Source: an uncultured Gammaproteobacteria bacterium
GTDB taxonomy: Bacteria > Patescibacteriota > Microgenomatia > Levybacterales > GWA1-39-11
NCBI GenBank assembly: GCA_964425075.1
Contig: CAYRKM010000002.1
Span: 162,898-226,897 of the forward strand
Reading direction: 5' to 3'
Length of the DNA stretch: 64,000 nucleotides
The position numbers and the translations under genes are program-made. Below are positions 38,841-47,576 of the stretch, in pieces (the stretch's first letter is position 1; each line of letters opens with the position of its first letter). The notes below the pieces were generated by a model. It saw only the letters and a program-made list of their open reading frames with translations, had not been told where the DNA came from and did not search any database.

Positions 38841-38912
38841 AATCCGGAGACAGGTGAAGGTTACCGGAGAAAAAACTTTGGCTGGTGCACGCTCCTAATT
38901 GACTTACTTTAA
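38841..38912 (+). pseudogene. Diverged duplicate of the last 24 codons of the glycoside hydrolase gene
   Basis: Encodes NPETGEGYRRKNFGWCTLLIDLL* versus NPETGEGYRRHNFGWSTLIVDLL* at 38742-38813. Confidence 0.85.
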
Positions 38913-38930
38913 GCTATGATTTGCCTTAAG

Positions 38931-39587
38931 CTAAACCCTCTTATTTAAAAGCTTTGCAACTATTATTATAAAAAGATCAATTCCTATTGGGATTAAAAGA
39001 AAATATACCCCCAACTTAACTACTGAGGGACTTATCAATTCTCCTAAGAAACCAAAACTTGCCATTCTTACGCCAACCAAAAACAAACCTCCTAAAATAA
39101 TCAAAATAAAAACAAAAAATTCTATCGCCCCTTCCATATCTTTTTTCGAAGAATACATCGAATTTGAAATAACAAAAATTAGATAAAGAAAAAGCCCGGT
39201 AATCAAATTTAAACCAATTAATTTATTATCAAACACATACCACATAGACACTAATAAAATACTTGTTCCTACAAAAAACGGAGCAACTCCTATAAAAAAA
39301 TTGCGGATAAAATCAGTCTTACCTACTTCAACACTTCCTAGTTTCAAACTATCGTCCGACATTTCCGGCATAAGTTCCATCTTGCCTACGTTGACAAAAA
39401 GCAGTTTTGCAACAATTGCATGAGACAATTCATGAATTAATGTTCCGGGTAAAAAAATAAGCGCAATCAAATATGTTGAAATAAATCTGCTTCTTGAAAC
39501 ACGATGGAAAAAAATTGAAAGTTCGCGGGTTAAAAATCTGGAAAGAATGAAAAGAAAAAAAAGCTCCAGGAAAAATATAAAAAGCAT
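38931..39587 (-). CDS. Membrane metallopeptidase, M50-like
   Basis: PGTLIHELSH, IGVAPF, multiple TMs. Confidence 0.7.
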   Translation of the reverse strand: MLFIFFLELFFLFILSRFLTRELSIFFHRVSRSRFISTYLIALIFLPGTLIHELSHAIVAKLLFVNVGKMELMPEMSDDSLKLGSVEVGKTDFIRNFFIGVAPFFVGTSILLVSMWYVFDNKLIGLNLITGLFLYLIFVISNSMYSSKKDMEGAIEFFVFILIILGGLFLVGVRMASFGFLGELISPSVVKLGVYFLLIPIGIDLFIIIVAKLLNKRV

Positions 39588-39599
39588 AAATCTATCGTA

Positions 39600-40085
39600 T
39601 CATGCTTTACTGATAAAGCTTAGTAGGTAATCGGGCACTCTATCCTCCCATTTTTCTTTCTTATTCATTAATTGTCTGATCTGTACCCCTTCCCAAACGT
39701 GACGTTTCTTAAAACCTATCGCTATAGCAGGAATTCCATGTCTCTCAATAATCCCATTGTTCCATGGGTTATTTCCAATTGTTACATCAAATTGACCCGT
39801 CGCTTTTTGTAAATTTTGAAACCAAACATCATCGTCCGGATTATCAAATAGAGGAATAATGTCTTTTACATTTTTTTCCAATCCTTCGTGTTGTAAAAAT
39901 GTCTCTATAACCTTTTTCCTTTCTTCCCAACTCCAGGGATTTTTTTCATCACTCTTATTCGCACTCCCTATTCCAATAATTATTTTATCAGCAAGTTTTA
40001 ACGACTCTTCAATAAGATATTTGTGTCCCTTATGGAAAGGTTGAAATCGACCTATTATAAACCCTAATCTGTATTTTTTGCTCAT
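39600..40085 (-). CDS. Nicotinamide-nucleotide adenylyltransferase (NadM-like)
   Basis: GRFQPFHKGH, GIGSA, NPWSWEER, WEDRVP. Confidence 0.85.
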   Translation of the reverse strand: MSKKYRLGFIIGRFQPFHKGHKYLIEESLKLADKIIIGIGSANKSDEKNPWSWEERKKVIETFLQHEGLEKNVKDIIPLFDNPDDDVWFQNLQKATGQFDVTIGNNPWNNGIIERHGIPAIAIGFKKRHVWEGVQIRQLMNKKEKWEDRVPDYLLSFISKA

Positions 40086-40126
40086 GATATTTTTTGAAAA
40101 ATTAATGAAGTCTTGATATGAAAAAT

Positions 40127-40696
40127 TTATGAATTAGTCGAAACAGTTATTCCTACCTCAGGACTGTTTGCACACAAATCAATTAACGAAGAGTATGCTT
40201 CTATGTCCGAGGGAAGGGATGGTCTACTGGTAGCCGGACCATTAGGGTTGTGGCCTGGCCCAATTGGCGTAAAATCAGATATTGGGGTGTATGCTCTTGC
40301 TTTTGATTCAATGGTCGCCTGATAACCGCTTACTACCAATTGCTCGTCAAGGCCACTAAGTCCAACCTTAAATACTTCTTGTCCAATTCCGGTTCGTGAA
40401 GAACTTATTTTTACATCAATGCTTGAATCTTCAACTGGAATTCTGCAATCAACACTTAACTGTTCTAACCGTAGAGTTCGTGCTACTACAGACGCAACAA
40501 AATCTTCTCTTGTGGTATTGTCTTCTTCTAATTGTCCGTCATTGGTGTCTGGAAACTGAGCATCAATAAATCCTTTTATAGTTACTCTTAATTCGGGAAC
40601 CATTTCCTTAGCCTCTTGCACCAACTGATCGTGTTCCCTTTTTGACTGTAGATTGTCGTATGCTCGACCAATTAATAAATGCGTATCTCTATCCAT
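40127..40696 (-). CDS. Hypothetical protein (ORFan with own promoter)
   Basis: 189-aa ORF; TTGACA...TATAAT upstream. Confidence 0.55.
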   Translation of the reverse strand: MDRDTHLLIGRAYDNLQSKREHDQLVQEAKEMVPELRVTIKGFIDAQFPDTNDGQLEEDNTTREDFVASVVARTLRLEQLSVDCRIPVEDSSIDVKISSSRTGIGQEVFKVGLSGLDEQLVVSGYQATIESKARAYTPISDFTPIGPGHNPNGPATSRPSLPSDIEAYSSLIDLCANSPEVGITVSTNS

Positions 40697-40742
40697 TGTT
40701 AATCAAAATTATATTCCAAAAAATATCTTTGTCAAATCAATA

Positions 40743-41468
40743 TCAAAACTGACCCCTAAGATATTTTTGACGGGTATCGGGCGGGAAATGCTCTATTGAA
40801 TACCTCAGCATAGTTCTTGGCATTGTTTTGTATCGAGTCAAAAGATATTTCTCTAATTCTTCTTTAGAAACTCTTTTTCCCACTTCTCTTAACATCCACC
40901 CCACAGCTTTTTGAATGAGATCATGCACTTGTCCTGAGCCTGTCGAAGGATCATTTAATAATAAATCCGCAATTTGAAAGGTATCCTTAAATTCTCTATT
41001 CCCAATAAACGCCGCAGTTGAGATAATTGCAATTCTTCTCTCCCAAAGATTATCTGACTTTACTAATTTGTACAAAATATTTCTATCACGATTTATTAAA
41101 TATTCTCCAACTATTTTATGCGCAGAACTGTCCACCAAATCCCAATTATTAATACACTTTGTGTTAGCCAAATAAAATTTATAAATTACTTCTTTTTCTT
41201 TATCATTTCCCTTCTCAAATTTAGAAACTAAAATAAAAAGAGCAACCAATCTTTCTTCATGAAATTCTGACTGAAGGAGTTTTTTAATTTCATCCAAACT
41301 AAGATCTTTATATTTTTGTGCAATTACCCGTTGCTCTGGAACTGTTACACCCAAAAATTTATCACCATAACCATACTGTCCTTTACCGGTTTTGAAAAAC
41401 CACGCATTTGCCTTAGCTTTCTTAGGAGTTGCAACTTTTCGAAGTTCTTGTTGAAGATTGATTATCAT
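40743..41468 (-). CDS. alkD: DNA alkylation repair protein (AlkD-like HEAT repeat)
   Basis: FFKTGKGQYG.GD.FLGV, HEER, INNWDLVD, LWERR, HDLIQKAVGWMLRE. Confidence 0.88.
   Translation of the reverse strand: MIINLQQELRKVATPKKAKANAWFFKTGKGQYGYGDKFLGVTVPEQRVIAQKYKDLSLDEIKKLLQSEFHEERLVALFILVSKFEKGNDKEKEVIYKFYLANTKCINNWDLVDSSAHKIVGEYLINRDRNILYKLVKSDNLWERRIAIISTAAFIGNREFKDTFQIADLLLNDPSTGSGQVHDLIQKAVGWMLREVGKRVSKEELEKYLLTRYKTMPRTMLRYSIEHFPPDTRQKYLRGQF
40928..40950 (-). repeat. REP-like element inserted in frame in alkD
   Basis: TCC TTCG ACAGG CTCA GGA CAAG, encoding PSTGSGQ. Confidence 0.8.
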
Positions 41469-42083
41469 CTAAAAAGAAAGAGTCATAAAGCCACCTTTAC
41501 CAATTTCTTGCCAACGATTAACATACAATACAGTTGCCATATTATCTCGTTGCCGCTCGCCGTCGTCGTCCTGTTGCTCACCATCGTCCTGCTGCCTACC
41601 GCTCTGCTCAAGAGTTTTGATGATTGAATATAATGCACCTACGTTCTCTTCATTTATTGGACTATTAACAATAGGACCCCTTCTAGGTTTTGCTCTGTAG
41701 GTGAAATCATTCTCGCGATCAATTACAGCCCTTCCATCATCAAGATCATAAAAAGCCACTGATTCATAAGTAAAATTCCCATTTCTTCTTAACCTATATT
41801 GGATTCCCATGTCATTATTACCGTCACTATCTGGTGGAATTGAAATTGTTATGTCCTCCAAATCTCCATTAACCCCCTCTTCAACATCGGTTGGAGTTCT
41901 TCCAAAATTTATCTTAACACCAGAGACTGGGAAACGTACTTCTACTGTTTCAAAACCGCTTGATATACCGGCAGGATTTCTCGGATCCACATCCAATGAT
42001 TTTATTTCAATTCCTAAACCGAGAACTCTATCTCTCAACATTTGTTTGTCCGCAGAAGACAATTGTTTTGGTTTCTCTAACAT
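41469..42083 (-). CDS. Hypothetical protein (ORFan with own promoter)
   Basis: 204-aa ORF; TTGACA upstream; QQDDGE/QQDDDGE repeat near the C-terminus. Confidence 0.55.
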   Translation of the reverse strand: MLEKPKQLSSADKQMLRDRVLGLGIEIKSLDVDPRNPAGISSGFETVEVRFPVSGVKINFGRTPTDVEEGVNGDLEDITISIPPDSDGNNDMGIQYRLRRNGNFTYESVAFYDLDDGRAVIDRENDFTYRAKPRRGPIVNSPINEENVGALYSIIKTLEQSGRQQDDGEQQDDDGERQRDNMATVLYVNRWQEIGKGGFMTLSF

Positions 42084-42132
42084 AATCTTTGGAACTTATA
42101 ACAGAACCGCCAGCTAACTGTCAATTGTAAAT

Positions 42133-43032
42133 TTAATGCACGGGGTTTTCTCTTTGTTTTTGCCTTAAATAGGTGCAACCATTTGGACAAATTTGTCCTG
42201 CCTCACTTATACATTTCTCACATAAAATAAAATGCCTATGGCAACCTACGGTATCGCAATTTATATAATGCTCTGAAGTTTCCATGCATCTTTCACATCT
42301 TCCAACCACTTCGTGTTTATCAGAGCTAGTATTAAACCCCATTAAAATTCTTCCATCAAAAACATATAGCTTCCCCTTGAAATGTTCATTTGGGTATTTT
42401 TCCATATAAGTTACAATTCCATTTTTAAGTTGATATACATCAGAAAATCCGTTTTTTACTAAAAACCCAGAAGCTTTTTCGCATCTCACTCCACCTGTAC
42501 AAACAGTTAACACCGTTTTGTCTTTAAGTGTTTCCAGGTGTGGTAAAAGCTCCGATAAATCTCTGAAATTACTAAATGGTGGCAAAATTGATCCTTCAAA
42601 GTATCCTGATTTGTGTTCATAATCATTTCGCATGTCTACGATAAAAAACTCTTTTCCCTCTTCAAACCATTTATGCAATTCCTCAGCCTCCAAATATTTT
42701 CCGGTAACCTGCCATGGTTTTATATCTTTGTCATGAAGATGTAGACTTACAATTTCTTCCCTAACTTTAACTTTGAGTTTTGGGAATGCATCTCCCGTAC
42801 CCTCTGATTTTTTCCAATCAATATCTGAGAACCTTGGGTCCCAAGACATTTCTTTTATATATTTTTCAGTATTTTCAATTGTTCCCTCTACCGTTCCATT
42901 AATACCTTCTTCTGCAAGAATAATGCGCCCTGTCAAACCTAATTTCTCACAAAGACGACGCTGTTCCCGCATTTCGTGAACCGGGTTGTCAATTGGTGTG
43001 TATTTGTAATACAAAAGAATTTGATATTTCAT
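42133..43032 (-). CDS. trhO: tRNA uridine(34) hydroxylase TrhO (YceA/UPF0176 rhodanese)
   Basis: LLYYKY, GRIILAEEGINGT, DMRNDYE, CTGGVRCEK, YVFD.R. Confidence 0.9.
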   Translation of the reverse strand: MKYQILLYYKYTPIDNPVHEMREQRRLCEKLGLTGRIILAEEGINGTVEGTIENTEKYIKEMSWDPRFSDIDWKKSEGTGDAFPKLKVKVREEIVSLHLHDKDIKPWQVTGKYLEAEELHKWFEEGKEFFIVDMRNDYEHKSGYFEGSILPPFSNFRDLSELLPHLETLKDKTVLTVCTGGVRCEKASGFLVKNGFSDVYQLKNGIVTYMEKYPNEHFKGKLYVFDGRILMGFNTSSDKHEVVGRCERCMETSEHYINCDTVGCHRHFILCEKCISEAGQICPNGCTYLRQKQRENPVH

Positions 43033-43065
43033 ATTCTTTATTTTAACAGAAATGAGGCTAAAATT

Positions 43066-43167
43066 CTAACTGAATAAGCTAACTGTAAATCTTACAACAA
43101 GCCATAGTAACCCTATAGCCACAAAAAATAACCCAAGATAAAATGTGGCCTTATTGAATTCCTTCAT
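43066..43167 (-). CDS. Candidate 33-aa single-TM peptide
   Basis: MKEFNKATFYLGLFFVAIGLLWLVVRFTVSLFS; TGGTATTAT extended -10-like box just upstream. Confidence 0.4.
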   Translation of the reverse strand: MKEFNKATFYLGLFFVAIGLLWLVVRFTVSLFS

Positions 43168-43228
43168 CACTATATAATACCAAAATTGCCAGTTGAAACT
43201 TCTATTCCTTTTGGTAATATATTACCTT

Positions 43229-43519
43229 GTGGCAGCTAAATACCGACAACTATTTCTCCAGATGATTGAGGATAATAGAGACTTATTCCTCGACTTCAAA
43301 GAAATTCATGATAAATTTACAGAAGACCCCGAAAGCTTTAAGGATGAATTTAACGAGAAAGGTAAAGTGCTCGTTGAGATTATAAGAGAATATGAATTGA
43401 AGCTTACCGCCCAACAAAACAGGGGACAATATTCGAAGTTTTCTTCTAATTTGTCAGATAAGTTCTGGGACCAAATTAGAGGTTTCCTGCCAAAAATTGA
43501 TTTTGTTGGTGTTAAATAG
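43229..43519 (+). CDS. Conserved-looking hypothetical protein
   Basis: GTG start; FNEKGK...IIREYE..L......GQYSKFSSNLSDKFW..IR...PKIDFVGV. Confidence 0.6.
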   Translation: MAAKYRQLFLQMIEDNRDLFLDFKEIHDKFTEDPESFKDEFNEKGKVLVEIIREYELKLTAQQNRGQYSKFSSNLSDKFWDQIRGFLPKIDFVGVK

Positions 43520-43551
43520 GTAGAAAGTAGAATGTAGTATGTATCAAGTAT
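43517..43551 (+). repeat. Solo NNNGTAG heptamer array
   Basis: TAGGTAG AAAGTAG AATGTAG TATGTAT CAAGTAT. Confidence 0.8.
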
Positions 43552-43567
43552 TTTTTTTGATGCAATG

Positions 43568-43718
43568 GGGAGTTCCCTCCTCATTTTGAAAAGAACGCAT
43601 GAAACAGTGAGTGATTGAACGCCCGAAAAGCTGAAAAGCCCGAACAAAGTGAGCTGGCGAAGCTTTTAGTGAAAGATCGAACTGTTAAATGCATGAATTT
43701 TCAATTGAGGAGAGCTTC
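43568..43718. ncRNA. Candidate ~150-nt rod-like structured RNA or element
   Basis: Nested pairs CTCCTCA/TGAGGAG, TTGAAAA/TTTTCAA, GCAT/ATGC, AACAG/CTGTT, AAAAGCT/AGCTTTT. Confidence 0.5.
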
Positions 43719-43766
43719 TGCTTCTCTTGTCGGCACAAGAGAAGAAAAAACTATATAATTAAAAAT

Positions 43767-44102
43767 ATGGATAAAATAACTGAACTTAAAATCGAGGACT
43801 TAGTTGAAGGAAATGGCCCAGAAGTAAAATCCGGCGATACCGTTGTCATGCACTACACTGGAACTTTCCAAGACGGTGAAAAATTTGACTCTTCATATGA
43901 TAGAGGGATGCCTTTTGAAACAAAAATTGGAGTAGGGAGAGTCATAGCCGGTTGGGACAAGGGCGTCCCTGGAATGAAAGTTGGAGGCAAAAGAAAATTA
44001 TATATTCCCTATACTCTAGCGTATGGCGAAGAAGGAGCTGGAGACGTCATTCCCCCACTTGAGGATTTGCTTTTTGAAGTTGAATTGGTTGCTATAAAAT
44101 AG
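43767..44102 (+). CDS. FKBP-type peptidyl-prolyl isomerase
   Basis: HYTG, FDSS..R, VIAGW..G..GMKVGGKRKL.IP...AYG, FEVEL. Confidence 0.95.
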   Translation: MDKITELKIEDLVEGNGPEVKSGDTVVMHYTGTFQDGEKFDSSYDRGMPFETKIGVGRVIAGWDKGVPGMKVGGKRKLYIPYTLAYGEEGAGDVIPPLEDLLFEVELVAIK

Positions 44103-44103
44103 A

Positions 44104-44134
44104 ACTAAACGCTAAATGCTAACCGCTAGACGCT
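44104..44134 (+). repeat. RCTAAAC-type heptamer array
   Basis: ACTAAAC GCTAAAT GCTAACC GCTAGAC GCT. Confidence 0.8.
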
Positions 44135-44144
44135 TCTTCCCTTC

Positions 44145-45707
44145 TTACCCCAACTCTTCTCTTTTTGTATTTAGGAAGAAAAACCACTGATCAAAAAATC
44201 CGACAAGCCCCTTAAATGGTGTTTCTATAAGAAAGTCTAGTATAAACAAGAATATATTTATTTGAGAAATCCCTTCCGTTAAATATCTTCCAACACGAGC
44301 AATTGGCGTAAAGAAGAAGTCGATTAGAGGAGTAATAACTGTAAGACTTCGCTGGACTGTAAATTCACGCGCTGTGATACTAATCCGATACGCTAAGAAT
44401 GAAACAATAGCTAAGAAAAATATAAATACCATTTGAGAGACAGGATTAAATTTCAAAAGAGACAAAGTAAGAGTAATAGCACCAAAACTTAGAAGAAAAG
44501 CAAAAACCCACAATACACTAAATATTATCTCCAAAATAGTCATTGGGCGTTTTCTACTTTCAGGAAATAATAGTACTCGTCCAACTTTAGGATCAGGATC
44601 AAATAAAATTTTGCGAATCCTTTCAACAATAATTTGGGAATTTTTGCTTCCAGGTGGCCTTATCCATAGACCTGCCAAGATCATGATTAGAGTCGGAATG
44701 ATAATATTGAGTGAAAGACTTAACCACTGTATTTCTCCGTATACAATTTTCTCGTATGTTCCCTCCACAAAAAAAGCAAAGAAAACCTTAGACAACAGAA
44801 TAAAAATCACACTTCTTATAATTGCACGTCTAACTTTCTCAGAGATTGTTTTATATTTTCTTTTGCATGTTTCAATAATTTCATTAGTTAAAGCATGTTC
44901 GTCTTGCGAAAGCTCTTCAAAGTTCTCAGAATTTTTTATAATATCTTCCATAATAAGAAAAGGCGGAATTTGACGTTTGACGTATGAGAGAATTTTGTAT
45001 CTTGCTGGATGAGTCAGCTGTGCCTCAATAGTTTTGTGCGCTTTTGGAAATTCATCAATAATATCCTCCACTTTTTTTTCTGTCATTTTTCCAAAATATT
45101 GAGTAAATAATGCATGGTGCAAAAAGGCTATATCGTCTTTTGAGTATGCTTTACGAATTGCAATAAAAGTTTGAACATTTTTTTGCTCCTCGTGTTCCGG
45201 GGTGGACTCGATATTTTTTTCAAGAATGTAGAAAATAAAATTACTTAATGCATCCTCTACTTCATTTGGATTTATTTCCCCTTCAATTTCTGCAGAAAGA
45301 AGTTGGAACATCAGTGGACGAATTTTTGCCTCCTTCATCCCGTGAGATTTAACAACTCCACTTTTAACTTCAAGATAAAAATCAATTATTTTCTCAATTT
45401 TCTTAATTGACTCTTCTGTAAGAATGGCTTCCGGTAAATATCTTGCCCAAACCAACTCCTGAAGCAAATGCTTTGCAGTAGTCTCACCATTTCCACCCAA
45501 TGCAAGACGGCGTTTCAAAATTCTCTCAATTGAAGCTCTTAAAATTACTTCTTCATCCCTATACTCAATTGAATTTCTAAATTTTTCATACCAACTTGCA
45601 AGCTCCGCAACGAGAGGATTTACACCGGATGAGGAATCAGAAGTTAATTGTTTTGAATTGTTAACTAGAGAAACAATGTGCTGTGAGAATTTGTTGAGGG
45701 TTTGCAT
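44145..45707 (-). CDS. Hypothetical protein with C-terminal TM helices
   Basis: 520-aa ORF; YEKFRN..EY.DE...R..IERIL.RR N-domain and 4-5 TMs. Confidence 0.75.
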   Translation of the reverse strand: MQTLNKFSQHIVSLVNNSKQLTSDSSSGVNPLVAELASWYEKFRNSIEYRDEEVILRASIERILKRRLALGGNGETTAKHLLQELVWARYLPEAILTEESIKKIEKIIDFYLEVKSGVVKSHGMKEAKIRPLMFQLLSAEIEGEINPNEVEDALSNFIFYILEKNIESTPEHEEQKNVQTFIAIRKAYSKDDIAFLHHALFTQYFGKMTEKKVEDIIDEFPKAHKTIEAQLTHPARYKILSYVKRQIPPFLIMEDIIKNSENFEELSQDEHALTNEIIETCKRKYKTISEKVRRAIIRSVIFILLSKVFFAFFVEGTYEKIVYGEIQWLSLSLNIIIPTLIMILAGLWIRPPGSKNSQIIVERIRKILFDPDPKVGRVLLFPESRKRPMTILEIIFSVLWVFAFLLSFGAITLTLSLLKFNPVSQMVFIFFLAIVSFLAYRISITAREFTVQRSLTVITPLIDFFFTPIARVGRYLTEGISQINIFLFILDFLIETPFKGLVGFFDQWFFFLNTKREELG

Positions 45708-45757
45708 GGGTGGATAGTATTGTATACCCCACAGCTAAAGTTGGCAAACAAATTTAG

Positions 45758-46366
45758 CTAAATCAAAAACATAACCAATCCCATGGCCGACATTAAAAGA
45801 TCTTCAGTAAGTGTAATTTTAGTCATCGGAAGTTTAAGTTTTGCACCAAGACATGCGCATTGAAATTTTCTGTTTGACTTCAAAGCTCCAAATACACCAA
45901 TTGCAGAAATCCCCATAATCAAAAAGGTGATAAGGCTTACGATTCTTATCTGAAATGAGAAAAGCAAACAAAAACCTAGTAATAATTCTATAAATGGATA
46001 AGAAAACGCATACAATCTGCTTCGTTTTGCAAGTAAGTCATATGTTTGATAGGCATCTGCAAAACCCTTTACGTCAAGTAATTTAAATCCCGAAAAAGTA
46101 AGGAAAAACCCACCCATAAAAATCTGCATTTGCTTATTCCATTGATCCAATCCAAGCACCATGCTTACAATAAATGTAAAAACAATCACACCAAAAATTA
46201 TTACAAAAAGCGGGAAGAGTTCTTTAAAGCTATCTATTCGATTATTCTTATGCGCTGTGTGCTTATTTTCGTCTCCTCTTCTCACCAAATTCATGCCACA
46301 TTTCGGACAATTTCCAGGTTTGTCGTCCTGTACTTCTGGATGCATTGGACAATAATATTTCTTCAT
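45758..46366 (-). CDS. Heavy-metal-binding domain + MauE/DoxX-like membrane protein
   Basis: YYCPMHPEV...PGNCPKCGM; F..YDLLA, YPFIE, CACLG, EDL.M. Confidence 0.85.
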   Translation of the reverse strand: MKKYYCPMHPEVQDDKPGNCPKCGMNLVRRGDENKHTAHKNNRIDSFKELFPLFVIIFGVIVFTFIVSMVLGLDQWNKQMQIFMGGFFLTFSGFKLLDVKGFADAYQTYDLLAKRSRLYAFSYPFIELLLGFCLLFSFQIRIVSLITFLIMGISAIGVFGALKSNRKFQCACLGAKLKLPMTKITLTEDLLMSAMGLVMFLI

Positions 46367-46429
46367 GTTTATATTCTACACCCTTTAATTTTCCTTTTTA
46401 TAAAAAAGTGGTACTATCGATAATACAAA

Positions 46430-47539
46430 ATGCAAAAAAACGCTATATTATCCAATTCAACACTACAACAACTTAAAAAATTAGCAAAAGAAATAATCGA
46501 GAACAAGAAAGAATTAAAACTTGGAACCACCTCTCTAACCCCAATAAATTACACAGAGGAGATGAATAAGTTTTTTAAATCAGATTCCTATAATCCAATT
46601 TTTAAGTATAGGAAAAATAAATTAGGGAATTTTAAAAAAAGAATTTCAGATTTGAAAAAACAAACCTACTCAACCCAAATGCCTGATGATATAAAAGAAC
46701 ATTTTTTAAGTATTTTGGATGAGCAAGAAATTTTATATCAGACGAAAAACTCGATTGGGAAAGAAAAGTTTTCAAATAATGCACATAAACTTTTTGACTG
46801 GGGAACAGATAGACTTGATACGCTACTTACAACAACTCCAAAAGTCACTTTTCATCTGTACACTTCACATATAATGCAAGATGCTCCAATTATTAAAAAA
46901 AGGTTTCAGGAAACTTTAAATGAATATGGGATTAAAAGTTTCAAACCAGAAATTGATTCGTTCACTACTCATATAATAGCTGTCGGATATAAAAAAATTA
47001 AAGTTGGAAGTGCCATAAAAAGATTTGAATGTAATGTAGATAGACTTATTGCTCATGAAATTGAAAGTCATGTTTTGCAGGTAGAAAATATAAAAAGAAG
47101 CCACAATCCTATCTTGGAACTTTCCAAATTTGGTAACGAGAAATTATTTACAGAAGGTCTTGCTGTTTATAATGAAATTACGACACGGGTTGTAACACCA
47201 AGCGCATTTGAAACTTACTACAATAGAATAAAAGCGGTAAGGCTTTTGAATAAAAGTTTTCGGGAAATATTTGAAACACTAGCACGCGATCTACCCCTAA
47301 AGAAAGCATATGTTATGACATATCGAGTCAAACGTGGACTACGCCACACCAAAGAACCTGGTGGATTCCCAAAGGACGCAGCATATCTTCTTGGGTTTCA
47401 CGAAGTGGAAAATTTGATAAATGAAGGGTTTGATAAAAAACTTTTATACGCTACTAAGTCACCAATCTTGACGCAAATTCTTAAGAAATATAATTTAATT
47501 GACGAAAAAAAAATTCTTACTCCTAAATTTCTACAATAG
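46430..47539 (+). CDS. DUF1704 / MATCAP-type metallocarboxypeptidase
   Basis: HEIESH (HExxxH), TEGLA, RVKRG, GGFPKD..YL.G. Confidence 0.8.
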   Translation: MQKNAILSNSTLQQLKKLAKEIIENKKELKLGTTSLTPINYTEEMNKFFKSDSYNPIFKYRKNKLGNFKKRISDLKKQTYSTQMPDDIKEHFLSILDEQEILYQTKNSIGKEKFSNNAHKLFDWGTDRLDTLLTTTPKVTFHLYTSHIMQDAPIIKKRFQETLNEYGIKSFKPEIDSFTTHIIAVGYKKIKVGSAIKRFECNVDRLIAHEIESHVLQVENIKRSHNPILELSKFGNEKLFTEGLAVYNEITTRVVTPSAFETYYNRIKAVRLLNKSFREIFETLARDLPLKKAYVMTYRVKRGLRHTKEPGGFPKDAAYLLGFHEVENLINEGFDKKLLYATKSPILTQILKKYNLIDEKKILTPKFLQ

Positions 47540-47576
47540 ATTTTATTAAACCATTAATGTGTAGTACAATTGCCTC

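Noticed and set aside
38742-38912. DGR template/variable repeat pair
   Set aside because: Mismatches are not confined to adenines in either copy (many C/T third-position changes) and no reverse transcriptase is present; kept only as a diverged duplicate.
43306-43766. ORFs 43306-43647 (-) and the 43689 extension of FKBP
   Set aside because: They are read-throughs of the repeat/hairpin DNA or antisense to a better gene; ORF 963-1178 is similar.
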